From NCBI GenBank assembly GCA_038213805.1, contig JBBQSO010000008.1, positions 1-64,000 on the forward strand: DNA of 64,000 nt. Direction: 5' to 3'. Below are positions 39,544 to 49,165 of the stretch, piece after piece. This stretch comes from Planctomycetota bacterium. Its GTDB lineage: Bacteria; Planctomycetota; UBA11346. The notes below the pieces were generated by a model that was given only the letters and a program-made list of their open reading frames with translations, was not told where the DNA came from and made no database searches. A program made the position numbers and the translations under genes. The number at the start of each line of letters is the position of its first letter. Within the stretch, counting starts at the first letter, position 1.

Positions 39544-40254
39544 ATGTTCGCAGCGCTCGCCACCGCCACCCTCGACCTGCTGTTGCCGGCGGTCTGCCCC
39601 GGCTGCCAGGTCGCGCAAGGGCCGGGGCTGTGCGCGGCCTGCGCAGGCGCACTGCCGATCCTTGAGCACCCCTGCCCGTGGTGCGCGGCGCCGCGACGCG
39701 ACGCCCACGCGACCTGCCGCGACTGCGCGGGGGCGGGCCTCGCCCACCTCGACCGGGTGCTGGTCGGCCATCCCTACGCCGGCCTGGTCGCGCAGCTGAT
39801 CGGCGACGCCAAGGCGGGCAGCCGGCCGGCGGCGCTGCGCGCCCTGGGCGCGTGCATGCCGAAAGTGCCGGCCGAGCTCTTGACCGCACCGCAGGCGGTG
39901 GTGGTGCCGGTCCCGCCGTCGCCCGGCCGGCGACCCGGCGCCCATCTCGGCAGCGCCCTGGCGAACGCCTGCGCGCGCCGCGCGGGCCTGCCCTGCCGGG
40001 CGCTGCTGCGCACCACGCGGCTCGCCGCCGAGCAGCACCTGCTGGGCGTGACCGCGCGCGCCGCCAACGTCGCCGGGTTGTTCGCCTGCCGCGGCCCGGC
40101 GCCCGCACGCGTGGTGCTGGTCGACGACCTGGTCACCAGCGGTGCCACCGCGACGGCGGCCGCCAAGTGCCTGCGCGCCGCGGGGGCACACCACGTCACG
40201 CTGGTGTGCCTGGCCCGTACGCCGGGTCATGGGGATCCGGTCGCGGCACCATAG
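39544..40254 (+). CDS. comF: ComF-family protein (double Zn-ribbon plus PRTase)
   Basis: CPGC, CAAC, CPWC and CRDC; VVPVP; VVLVDDLVTSGAT. Confidence 0.88.
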   Translation: MFAALATATLDLLLPAVCPGCQVAQGPGLCAACAGALPILEHPCPWCAAPRRDAHATCRDCAGAGLAHLDRVLVGHPYAGLVAQLIGDAKAGSRPAALRALGACMPKVPAELLTAPQAVVVPVPPSPGRRPGAHLGSALANACARRAGLPCRALLRTTRLAAEQHLLGVTARAANVAGLFACRGPAPARVVLVDDLVTSGATATAAAKCLRAAGAHHVTLVCLARTPGHGDPVAAP

Positions 40255-40306
40255 GCCCCGCGCAACAGCGGTTGCCGGACCCGCGTAGCGTGTACATTCC
40301 TCGCCC

Positions 40307-41692
40307 ATGACGCCGTCCGCCGCAACCGAAGCCGAGCCTCTCATCCCGGTGTTGCCTGCGCGCACCGTGTACATCGAGACCTTCGGCTGCCAGATGAACT
40401 TGGCCGATACCGAGGTCGTGCTCGCGCGCCTGGGTGAGGCGGGCTACCGCCGCGTCGACGAGGTCGAGCAGGCCAGCCTGGTGCTGTACAACACCTGCGC
40501 GGTGCGCGACCACGCCGAGGCCAAGGTGCGCGGCCGGCTCGGCGCGCTCAAGGGCCTCAAGCGCCGACGTCCCGAGCTCAAGATCGGCATCATGGGCTGC
40601 ATGGCGCAGCGCGAGAAGGAGCAGCTGCTCGCCGCCTACCCGCACGTCGACCTGGTGGTCGGCACCGACCAGTTCGTGCGCATGCCGCAGCTGCTTGACC
40701 AGCTCGAGGACCACGGCCGCCTCGCCGCCACCGGCTTCGGCGACTTCGAGGATCGGATGTGGAGCGCGACGCGTTCCTCGGGGGTCAACGCCTGGGTGCC
40801 GATCATGCGCGGCTGCAACTACAACTGCACCTACTGCGTGGTGCCATTCACGCGCGGCCGCGAGAAGTCGCGCGCGCCAGCGCAGATCGAGGACGAGGTC
40901 CGGCGCCTGGTCGACGAGGGCTTCGCCCAGGTGACGCTGCTCGGCCAGACCGTCGATTCCTATGGCAAGACCCTGGGCGACGGCACCACCCTGGCCGCGC
41001 TGTTGCGCCGCGTGCACGCCATCGACGGGCTGAAGCGCCTGCGCTTCGTCACCAGTCATCCCAAGGACATCACTGACGAGCTGCTCGACACCATGGCCGC
41101 GCTGCCCAAGGTCGCGAAGCACCTGCACGTGCCGGCGCAGTGCGGCAGCGACCGCATCCTGCGCCTGATGGGCCGGCGCTATTCGCGCGACGACTACCTG
41201 GACATGGTGCGGCGCGCCCGCGCGCGCATGCCGGAAATCGAGCTCCTCACCGACCTCATCGTCGGCTTCCCGCGCGAGACGGACGAGGATTTCGCGCAGA
41301 CCGTGGCGCTGATGGAGGAGGTGCGCTTCGCCGGCGCCTACGTGTTCATGTACTCGCAGCGCCCGGACACGCCCGCCGCCAACCTCTCCGACGATGTGCC
41401 CATCGAGATCAAGAAGGCGCGCTGCAACCACCTTCTCGACCTGCAGCTCATCCACCAGGGCCAGGCCTACGCGCCACTCACCGGCCGCGTCCTGCAGGTG
41501 CTGGTCGAAGGCCCGAGCAAGAGCGACGAGGCCATGCTGCACGGCCGCTCGCTCGGCAACCTCAACATCGTCTTCCCGCGCGTGGACGCCGCTGGTGCCG
41601 GACGCGATGACCTGATCGGTCAGCTCGTGGACGTGCGTATCCAGCGCTCGACGAGTTTGACGTTGTTCGGGGATTTGACGGCTGATAGCTGA
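40307..41692 (+). CDS. miaB: tRNA-2-methylthio-N6-dimethylallyladenosine synthase
   Basis: ETFGCQMN, NTCAVR, GCMAQ, radical-SAM CNYNCTYC, TSHPKD and a TRAM domain. Confidence 0.95.
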   Translation: MTPSAATEAEPLIPVLPARTVYIETFGCQMNLADTEVVLARLGEAGYRRVDEVEQASLVLYNTCAVRDHAEAKVRGRLGALKGLKRRRPELKIGIMGCMAQREKEQLLAAYPHVDLVVGTDQFVRMPQLLDQLEDHGRLAATGFGDFEDRMWSATRSSGVNAWVPIMRGCNYNCTYCVVPFTRGREKSRAPAQIEDEVRRLVDEGFAQVTLLGQTVDSYGKTLGDGTTLAALLRRVHAIDGLKRLRFVTSHPKDITDELLDTMAALPKVAKHLHVPAQCGSDRILRLMGRRYSRDDYLDMVRRARARMPEIELLTDLIVGFPRETDEDFAQTVALMEEVRFAGAYVFMYSQRPDTPAANLSDDVPIEIKKARCNHLLDLQLIHQGQAYAPLTGRVLQVLVEGPSKSDEAMLHGRSLGNLNIVFPRVDAAGAGRDDLIGQLVDVRIQRSTSLTLFGDLTADS

Positions 41693-41864
41693 TGGCTGAT
41701 GGCTGATGGCTGATGGCTGATGGCTGATGGCTGATTGAACCCAGCGTTGATCCCAAGTTTCAGTGTTATGCTGAGGATGTCCCCTGGAGTTCAGCCGCTC
41801 TGATGTCCTGAAGCGCCGTGTCTGAACCATCAGCTAGCAGCCATCAGCCATCAGCCATCAGCCA
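41680..41864. repeat. GGCTGAT inverted-tandem element ((GCTGATG)8, ~90-nt core, (CATCAGC)4-5)
   Basis: Arrays at 41681-41736 and 41827-41864; the left array supplies the miaB stop. Confidence 0.92.
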
Positions 41865-42798
41865 CCGCCGACAAGCGGTTGCAGTCCCGCCCTTCACCCC
41901 CACCCACTCCCCCACCCCCAAGCCCCCCGCCGTCGTCGCCCACAATGGCCGCGGCAACCCCCCAGCCCAAGCCACCGTCAGCGTGCTCGATCTCGGCTTC
42001 CTGCGTGGCGTCGGCGCCTTTGAGACCCTGCGCACCTACGCCGATGGCCTGCCGCACCTGCTCGGCGAACACCTGCGCCGCATCTGGGAGAGCGCCGCCG
42101 CCTTCGGCCTGGCGCCATTCTTCAGCGAGGCCGAGGTGCGCCGCCTGATCGGCGAGATCCACCGCCGCAGCGGCCACGGCGAGCTGCGCGTCAACCTCAT
42201 CGTCACCCCGGGTGAAAACACCTCCGGGGTGTTCGGCGCGGAGCGGCCGACCTGGGTGATGATCGCGCGCGAGGTGCACGCGCCGCCGGCGGAGCTGTAC
42301 GAGCAGGGCGTCACGGCGGTGACCTTCGACGCCACCCGCCACCTGCCGACGCTGAAGACCACCAACTACCTGGTCGGCAAGACCGGCCTGCTGCTGGCGG
42401 ACCAGCGCGGCGCGCACGAGGCATTCTACGTCGATCCCGCCGGCTACGTCACCGAGGGCGTGACCAGCAACGTGCTGGTGGTGCGCGGCGGTCGGGTGAT
42501 GACGCCGGTGCAGGACTGCCTGCCGGGCATCACCAAGGCCGGCCTACGCCCGGTCGCCGAGGCCGCCGGCCTGGCCTGGTACGAGTGCAACCTGACGCGC
42601 GATGACGTCTACACCGCCGACGAGGTGTGGATCACCTCCGCCGTGCGCGAACTGCTGCCAGTGGTGAAGGTCGACGACCGCGCCATCGGCCACGGCGGCG
42701 TCGGGCCGTGGGCGAAGCGCCTGCGCCCGCTCTACCACCAGCGCTGCATCGCCGAGGCGCGGCGCGACGCGGTGGCCGCGACGGCCGCCGCCGGCTGA
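41818..42798 (+). CDS. PLP-dependent aminotransferase class IV (IlvE/Dat/PabC-like); start uncertain
   Basis: DLGFLRGVGAFETLRTY, HLRRI, LKTTNYL (PLP Lys), EGVTSN, LPGIT and ADEVWITS. Confidence 0.88.
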   Translation: MSEPSASSHQPSAISHRRQAVAVPPFTPTHSPTPKPPAVVAHNGRGNPPAQATVSVLDLGFLRGVGAFETLRTYADGLPHLLGEHLRRIWESAAAFGLAPFFSEAEVRRLIGEIHRRSGHGELRVNLIVTPGENTSGVFGAERPTWVMIAREVHAPPAELYEQGVTAVTFDATRHLPTLKTTNYLVGKTGLLLADQRGAHEAFYVDPAGYVTEGVTSNVLVVRGGRVMTPVQDCLPGITKAGLRPVAEAAGLAWYECNLTRDDVYTADEVWITSAVRELLPVVKVDDRAIGHGGVGPWAKRLRPLYHQRCIAEARRDAVAATAAAG

Positions 42799-42843
42799 TG
42801 GCTGATGGCTGATGGCTGGCAGCCGACGGCTGACGGCAGATGA
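42793..42843. repeat. (GGCTGAT)3 followed by drifting heptamers, between the aminotransferase and truD
   Basis: ggctgat ggctgat ggctgat ggctggc agccgac ggctgac ggcagat; contains the upstream TGA and a possible truD ATG. Confidence 0.85.
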
Positions 42844-44051
42844 CACTCCGGACCGAGCGCCTCCCCCCCATGACGATACAGCCCATGACCAACGCTTCGC
42901 CCCAGCTGCTGCCCGGTCCGGCCCACTTCCAGGTCGTCGAAGAGCCCGCCTACGCGCCGTCCGGCAGCGGCGAGCACCTCTACGTGCTGATCGAGAAGGA
43001 GGGCCTGACCACCGACGCGGTAGCCGAGGCTTTGGCGAAGACCCAGGGCAAGCGCGGCATGGACGTCGGCTACGCCGGGCGCAAGGACCGCCACGCCGTC
43101 ACCAGCCAGTGGTTCAGCGTGCACTTCGGCGACGAGAGCCGCCTGCCTGCACTCGCCGAGCACAGCGCGCGCGGCCGCATCACCGTGCGCGAGGTGGCGC
43201 GCCACGCCAACAAGCTGCGCCTCGGCCACCTCGCCGGCAACCGCTTCCGCCTGGGATTGGGCGGCGTCGCCGACCCGCAGGCCCTGCAGGGCGGCCTCAC
43301 GGCGCTCGCCCACCAGGGCATCCCCAACCGCTTTGGCGCGCAACGCTTCGGCGTCCATGGCGCGACCTTGGCGATCGCCCGCGCCTGGGGCGGCGGCGAC
43401 ACCGCGGCGGCGGTCGCGTGCATCGTCGCGCCCGACGGCAGCTGGACGCCGGGCCAGCCCCTGCCCGAAGGCTTCCGCCCCGGCCCCGATGGTCGCGTGC
43501 TGGGCGCGCTGCGGCGCCGGCCCGACGATCTCGCCGGCGCCCTGCGCGCGGCCGGCGACCAGTTGCAGAAGCTGGTCGCCTCGGCGGCGCAGAGCGCGGT
43601 GTTCAATGCGGTGCTCGACGCGCGTACGGCGGCGGGGCTGCTCCACCGGTTGCGCCCGGGTGATCTCGGCTGCACCACGCGCGGCGCGCCCTTCTTGGCC
43701 GATGAGGCGACGCTCGACGACACCAACCGCCGGGCCGCGCCCGGGGTGCTTGACGCCTTCACCACCGGACCCATGCCCGGCGGCAACCGCCTGCGTCCCT
43801 TGCCGCCCATCGACGCGGAGGAGCGCGCCTGGGCGGCGGAGACCGGCGTGGTGTGGTCGTGGTTCGAGCGCGGTGGAGCTTTGGAAAGCCCGGGCGAGCG
43901 CCGGCCATCGGTGGTGCCCTTCCGGGCGGCACCGGTGGTCAGCGCCGCGGGCGACGTGACTTGGGTGGAGTTCGCCCTGCCTTCGGGCAGCTATGCGACC
44001 ACCGTGCTGGAGCAGGTCGGCGTCGCGATACCGGCGGACCGGCGGGGCTGA
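42840..44051 (+). CDS. truD: tRNA pseudouridine(13) synthase
   Basis: FQVVE, GEHLY, GYAGRKDRHAVTSQW (catalytic Asp), KLRLGHLAGNRF, PNRFGAQRFG and FALPSGSYAT. The start may be 42870 or 42885. Confidence 0.93.
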   Translation: MTLRTERLPPMTIQPMTNASPQLLPGPAHFQVVEEPAYAPSGSGEHLYVLIEKEGLTTDAVAEALAKTQGKRGMDVGYAGRKDRHAVTSQWFSVHFGDESRLPALAEHSARGRITVREVARHANKLRLGHLAGNRFRLGLGGVADPQALQGGLTALAHQGIPNRFGAQRFGVHGATLAIARAWGGGDTAAAVACIVAPDGSWTPGQPLPEGFRPGPDGRVLGALRRRPDDLAGALRAAGDQLQKLVASAAQSAVFNAVLDARTAAGLLHRLRPGDLGCTTRGAPFLADEATLDDTNRRAAPGVLDAFTTGPMPGGNRLRPLPPIDAEERAWAAETGVVWSWFERGGALESPGERRPSVVPFRAAPVVSAAGDVTWVEFALPSGSYATTVLEQVGVAIPADRRG

Positions 44052-44287
44052 CAAGCCGGGAGCGCGCTGGACGGCACGCGACCACCGGTGGAATGCCGAT
44101 GGCGCATGGCATGCACGCAGCTGTGTGCCGGCCGTGGCCGTCGCGTCAGCTTTCCACCGCCTGCGCCAAGACCTTCCGTGAAACCATCTCATCCCACCGC
44201 GCCATCAGCAGTTCCGTCCAGCGGTGCAGCTCAAGGTTGGCGAGAGGCTGGTAAACAGCGCACGCTGCCGGCGGTACACTCTTGTCC

Positions 44288-46849
44288 ATGAGCCAGTCGC
44301 CGATCATACCGACCGTCCGTGGCCGCCTCCTGGCGCTGGCGGCCGCCGTCGGACTCGCGGGATGCGTGAGCACGGCCGCTGCCGCCGACACCGCCGGCAT
44401 CGACTTCTTCGAGCACGCGGTGCGTCCGCTGCTCGCCGACAAGTGCTACTCCTGCCACAGTGCTGGGGCCAAGAAGATCAAGGGCAGCCTGCGCCTCGAT
44501 ACCTATGCCGGCATGATCGGCGGCGGCGAGTCTGGCAAGCCGGCAGTGGTCCCGGGCAAGCCCGAGAGCAGCCAGATCATCACCGCGGTGCACCGCAGCA
44601 CCGAGGACCTGGCGATGCCGCCCAAGGAGGCGGACAAGCTCAGCAACCAGGAGCAGGCCGACCTCGAGAAATGGGTGGCGATGGGCGCGCCCCATCCCGA
44701 GGCCAATGGTGCGGTGGCGGCGCCGGTGGTCGATCGCGCCGCGTTGATGGCCAAGGGCAGAGAGTTCTGGTCATTCAAGCCGCTCGCGGAGGTCGCCGTG
44801 CCCGCGGCCGGCGCGGGCTGGGCCGACAGCGACATCGACCGCTTCATCGCCGCCGGCCATAAGGACAAGGGCCTGACTCCGACGCCCGACGCCGACCGTC
44901 GCACGCTCATCCGCCGCGCAACCTACGACCTCACCGGCCTGCCGCCGACTCCCGAAGAAAGCGACGCCTTCGTCGCCGACCAGGCGCCAGACGCCTACGC
45001 CCGTCTGGTCGACCGCCTGCTCGCTTCGCCGCGCTATGGCGAGCAGTGGGGCCGGCACTGGCTGGACGTGGCCCGTTACGCGGACACCGCCGGCGACAGT
45101 GCCGACTACCCGGTGCCGCAGGCGTGGCGCTACCGCGACTGGGTGATTTCCGCCTTCAACCGCGACCTGCCCTACGATCACTTCATCCGCGCCCAGATCG
45201 CCGGCGACCTGTTGCCGGCGGGCGACGACGAGGAGCGCCGCGGCAATCTCGTCGCCACCGGCTTCATCGCGCTGGCCAAGCGCTTCAGCGTGGCGCCCGA
45301 GCGCGAGAAGCAGCTCACCATCGAGGACACCATCGACACCCTCGGCCACGCGGTGCTGGGTCTGAGTCTGAACTGCGCGCGCTGCCACGACCACAAGTTC
45401 GATCCCATCCCGACCACCGACTACTACGCGCTGTACGGGATCTTTGACAGCACGCGCTACCCGTTCGCCGGATCGGAGGAGAACCACCGCCCCTTCGACC
45501 TGGTGCGCCTGGTCTCGGAAGAGGAGGAGGCCAAGGCGACGGGCGGCAAGGCGGCGGAGATCCGCGCCGAGCAGGAGCACCTGCAGGCGCTGTGGAAGGA
45601 GCGCGACGGCGGCAAGCGCGCGCGGCGCAAGGCCGCCGAGAAGGCCAGGCTCGCCGACCACGGCGACGGCAAGGAGCTCAAGCCCGAGGAGCAGGCGGCG
45701 CTGGCCGAGCAGGCGAAGAAGGATGCCGAGGCCCACGCCGCCGAAGACGGCAAGCGCCGCGATGACGGCGCGATCAAGCATGAGATCGAGGAGACCCAGA
45801 AGCGCCACCAGGGCCTGGTCGACAACCTGCCCGACTACCTGCAGGCCTACGCCTTTGCGGTCGGCGAGATGGAACAGCCCCACGACGTCCAAGTGCAGAA
45901 GCGCGGCGACCTGTCGAAGCTGGGCGATCAGGTGCGGCGCGGCTTCCCGACCGTGCTGGGCGGCCAGAAGGTGGCCGCGGGCACGACCGGCAGCGGCCGG
46001 CTGGAGCTGGCCGGTTGGCTGAGCGAGCCAAGCAACCCGCTGACCGCGCGCGTGATGGTGAACCGCCTCTGGCATTGGCATTTCGGCCGCGGCCTGGTCG
46101 CCACCACCAACGATTTCGGAACGCGCGGCGCGGCTCCGGTCAATCCGGCGCTGCTCGACTGGCTGGCGAAGCGCTTCATCGCCGAGGGCTGGTCGGTCAA
46201 GCGCCTGCAGCGCGAGATCATGCTCTCGCGCACCTACCGCCAGGGTTGGTCGGGGGATGAACACAACCGCACCATCGACCCCGACAATACGCTGTGCTGG
46301 CGCTTCGACCGCCGTCGCCTCTCAGCCGAGGAGATCCGCGACAGCATGCTCGCGGTCAGCGGCCGCCTCGACCTGTCGAGCGCCGGCCCGCACCCGTTCC
46401 CGCCGCTCAAGGACTGGGGCTACAGCCAGCACGTGCAGTTCTTCGCCGTCTACCCGAGCAGCCACCGCGCCGTATACGTGATGCAGCAGCGCCTGCGCAA
46501 GCACCCCTTCTTCGAGCTCTTCGACGGCGCCGACACCAGCTTCTCGACAGGCGTTCGCGCCAGTGCGTCGACGCCGCTGCAGTCGCTGTTCCTGATGAAC
46601 GACCGCTTTGTCTTCGACCAGGCGCAGGCCATCGCGGAACGCGCACCCGGCGACGCAGCCGAACAGGTCGCAAACGTCTACCGCAATGTGCTCGGGCGCG
46701 CCGCCAGCGCCGACGAGGTGCAGGTCGCGAGCACCTACCTGGCGCGCTTCCAGGCCGAGGCCGGCGCCGCCGGAATGGACGCCAAGGCCGGCGTCGCCAG
46801 CCTCGCGCGCGCCCTGCTCGCGAGCAATGAATTCATGTTCCTGGAGTGA
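44288..46849 (+). CDS. Planctomycete cytochrome c / DUF1549 / DUF1553 (PSD1) domain protein
   Basis: CYSCH, LIRRATYDLTGLPPT, YGEQWGRHWLDVARYADT, CARCHDHKFDPI and NPLTARVMVNRLWHWHFGRGLV. Confidence 0.95.
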   Translation: MSQSPIIPTVRGRLLALAAAVGLAGCVSTAAAADTAGIDFFEHAVRPLLADKCYSCHSAGAKKIKGSLRLDTYAGMIGGGESGKPAVVPGKPESSQIITAVHRSTEDLAMPPKEADKLSNQEQADLEKWVAMGAPHPEANGAVAAPVVDRAALMAKGREFWSFKPLAEVAVPAAGAGWADSDIDRFIAAGHKDKGLTPTPDADRRTLIRRATYDLTGLPPTPEESDAFVADQAPDAYARLVDRLLASPRYGEQWGRHWLDVARYADTAGDSADYPVPQAWRYRDWVISAFNRDLPYDHFIRAQIAGDLLPAGDDEERRGNLVATGFIALAKRFSVAPEREKQLTIEDTIDTLGHAVLGLSLNCARCHDHKFDPIPTTDYYALYGIFDSTRYPFAGSEENHRPFDLVRLVSEEEEAKATGGKAAEIRAEQEHLQALWKERDGGKRARRKAAEKARLADHGDGKELKPEEQAALAEQAKKDAEAHAAEDGKRRDDGAIKHEIEETQKRHQGLVDNLPDYLQAYAFAVGEMEQPHDVQVQKRGDLSKLGDQVRRGFPTVLGGQKVAAGTTGSGRLELAGWLSEPSNPLTARVMVNRLWHWHFGRGLVATTNDFGTRGAAPVNPALLDWLAKRFIAEGWSVKRLQREIMLSRTYRQGWSGDEHNRTIDPDNTLCWRFDRRRLSAEEIRDSMLAVSGRLDLSSAGPHPFPPLKDWGYSQHVQFFAVYPSSHRAVYVMQQRLRKHPFFELFDGADTSFSTGVRASASTPLQSLFLMNDRFVFDQAQAIAERAPGDAAEQVANVYRNVLGRAASADEVQVASTYLARFQAEAGAAGMDAKAGVASLARALLASNEFMFLE

Positions 46850-48237
46850 TGACGATGGACCGCCTGCCACTCCTCACCCGCCGCCAGGCGGTGTCCTCCT
46901 TGCTCGCCGGGTCGCTGCTGCTGCCGGGGCTGGGCGGTGGCGGCGCGGGACTGTGGGCCGGCGAGACGCCTGCGCCGACCGATCCACTCGCGCCGCGCGC
47001 GCCGCACTTTCCGGCCAAGGCCAAGCGCGTGATCATGATCTACCTCAGCGGCGGCATGTCGCACGTCGACAGCTTCGACTACAAGCCGAAGCTCTACAGC
47101 GCGGCCGGCACCAAGGTGAACAACAAGTTCATCAAGCGCCCCGACTGGGAGTTCAAGCCGCGCGGGAAGTGCGGCGCGCAGATCAGCGAGCTGTGGCCGC
47201 ACCTCGCGGAGAAGGCCGATGAGCTGTGCATCATCAACTCGCTGAGGGCCGATCACGGCAACCATTTCGAGGCCGCTCTCGGCATCCACACCGGTTCGGT
47301 GACGCTGGCGCGCCCAAGCCTGGGCGCGTGGGTCAGCTACGCGCTGGGCACCAACGACAAGAACCTGCCCTCGTTCGTGGTGCTGGCGCCTGAGCTGCCC
47401 TACGCCGGCGGCCAGGTGTGGAGCGCGAACTTCCTGCCGCCCTGCCACCAGGGCGTGCGCATCACGCCCGGCGACGAGCCCATTCCCGACATCATCCGCC
47501 GCCTGCCCACCGCCGGTTTGCAGGGCCTGGAGCTGGGCCTGGTGCAGAGCCTCAACCAGCGCCACCTGCAGGGCCGGCCCGACCAGGCCCTGAGCGGTCG
47601 CATGGACGCCTTCACCACCGCCGGCGGCATGCAGAACGAGGCGCCCGAGGTCTTCGACCTGACTACGGAGAGCGACGCCACGCATGAGCTGTACGGCCTC
47701 AAGCGCGGCGAGAAGAAGGGCTTTGCGTGGCAGGCGCTGGTCGCGCGCCGCCTCGCCGAGCGCGGCGTACGCTTCATCGAACTGATCGACGTTGGCGCGA
47801 ACTCCGGGCACAACTGGGACGCGCACGGCGACATGGCCACGCACACCCCGCTGGCGAAGAACGTCGACCAGCCGACCGCGGCGCTGCTCACCGACCTGCG
47901 CCAGCGCGGCATGCTCGACGACACCCTGGTGATCTTCACTACCGAATTCGGCCGCACCCCGACCGTCGACGGCGAGAAGAACAAGGGCCGCGAGCACCAC
48001 CCCAACTGCTTTACCTCGTGGCTGGCGGGCGGCGGCGTGAAGGCGGGCATGACTTATGGTGCGAGCGACGAGCTCGGCATCGAGGTCGCCGAGAAGCTGG
48101 TCCACGTCAACGACTTCCACGCCACCATCCTGCACCTGCTCGGCCTCGACCACGAGAAGCTGACCTACCGGTACGGCGGCCGCGACTTCCGGCTCACCGA
48201 TGTGGCGGGGAATGTCGTCAAGGACATCGTTGCTTAG
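46849..48237 (+). CDS. DUF1501 domain protein (Tat-exported)
   Basis: TRRQAV Tat-like signal, AKAKRVIMIYLSGGMSHVDSFDYKP, ARRLAERGVRF, WDAH, EFGRTP, GREHH and RDFRLTDVAG. Confidence 0.95.
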   Translation: MTMDRLPLLTRRQAVSSLLAGSLLLPGLGGGGAGLWAGETPAPTDPLAPRAPHFPAKAKRVIMIYLSGGMSHVDSFDYKPKLYSAAGTKVNNKFIKRPDWEFKPRGKCGAQISELWPHLAEKADELCIINSLRADHGNHFEAALGIHTGSVTLARPSLGAWVSYALGTNDKNLPSFVVLAPELPYAGGQVWSANFLPPCHQGVRITPGDEPIPDIIRRLPTAGLQGLELGLVQSLNQRHLQGRPDQALSGRMDAFTTAGGMQNEAPEVFDLTTESDATHELYGLKRGEKKGFAWQALVARRLAERGVRFIELIDVGANSGHNWDAHGDMATHTPLAKNVDQPTAALLTDLRQRGMLDDTLVIFTTEFGRTPTVDGEKNKGREHHPNCFTSWLAGGGVKAGMTYGASDELGIEVAEKLVHVNDFHATILHLLGLDHEKLTYRYGGRDFRLTDVAGNVVKDIVA

Positions 48238-48242
48238 CAGTA

Positions 48243-48352
48243 CGGAAGTCCGGGGTCCGGACGTCCGGAAGTCTCGTTTGACGGGATGCCTCGTGGATTC
48301 CAACGATGGTGGTCGATCGCGGCTGTCCGACTTCCGGACTTCCGGACCCTCC
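48243..48352. repeat. GTCCGGAA inverted-tandem element, copy D
   Basis: Degenerate units at 48243-48270, a 61-nt core, and (TTCCGGAC)2 at 48332-48347. Confidence 0.88.
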
Positions 48353-48353
48353 C

Positions 48354-48827
48354 CTAAGCCCCTTCGCGCGCCACCGGTCGCAGGCCGCCCGGCAGGCCGC
48401 CGAACAGCCAGCCGATGCCCATCGCCGCGAGCGCGGTGAGGCCGGTGGTCGTGCACTGGGTCTGCCAGACACTGTCGCCGGCGCCGTGCAGCCAACGGTC
48501 GGTGCCCTGCACCAGCAGGCTGGCGATCGCCGCCCACACGCCCCAGCCGGCGACGCGGGTGCGGAAGACCAGATTGCGGATGGGCAGGTAGGCGAGCGCG
48601 AGCAGCACGTAGGCGATGCTGGCGAAGATGTCCGGGGTGGGATCGACGAGGTCGGTGATGCCGCCGACCAGCCAGGCGCGCCAGATCACCCCGCGCGCAG
48701 TGCCGTCGACCATCGCCCAGGCGGCAAGCGCGAGCGGCAGGTCGGGGGCAGCGCGCCAGCCGGACAGCACGCTGAACTGCGCCAGGGCCGCGAGCAGCGC
48801 GATGATGCCGAGGATGACGTAGCTCAC
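48354..48827 (-). CDS. MreD-like small membrane protein
   Basis: About 157 aa with 5 TM segments; LAQ...PDLPL...AWLVGGITDL pattern of MreD; GTG start. Confidence 0.6.
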   Translation of the reverse strand: MSYVILGIIALLAALAQFSVLSGWRAAPDLPLALAAWAMVDGTARGVIWRAWLVGGITDLVDPTPDIFASIAYVLLALAYLPIRNLVFRTRVAGWGVWAAIASLLVQGTDRWLHGAGDSVWQTQCTTTGLTALAAMGIGWLFGGLPGGLRPVAREGA

Positions 48828-49165
48828 GTGCGGCAGCGTAGCAGGATGCCCGGGATTGGCGACCCCACTCCGCCAGGCTGCCCACGGGCGCGCGGCGCGC
48901 GGCGGATGCGGCATGCGCAGGGCATTCGCATCCGTCCAGCAGGATCGCCGACGCGCTCGACCGGATTCCGCCTGAGGTGCCGCCACGGTTCGTGGCAGAG
49001 ACTGCTGCGCAGCTCCACATCCTTTGCCCCGGACTGGGAACCGGCCATTCGAATGTGCATATACCCACTGCGCAGGACGAAAGCGGAAGTGCTGCGCAAC
49101 CGTTCCAAAGCGCTGCATGGTTGGGACTTCCCGCTCCCGCACGGCCGCTTAGCGTGCCGGTCATC

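Noticed and set aside
48830..49160. Possible ribozyme or riboswitch (CTGAGG...GACGAAA) in the mreD-like/RNase HII gap
   Set aside because: It lacks the hammerhead CUGANGA core and consistent stems; no recognisable family.
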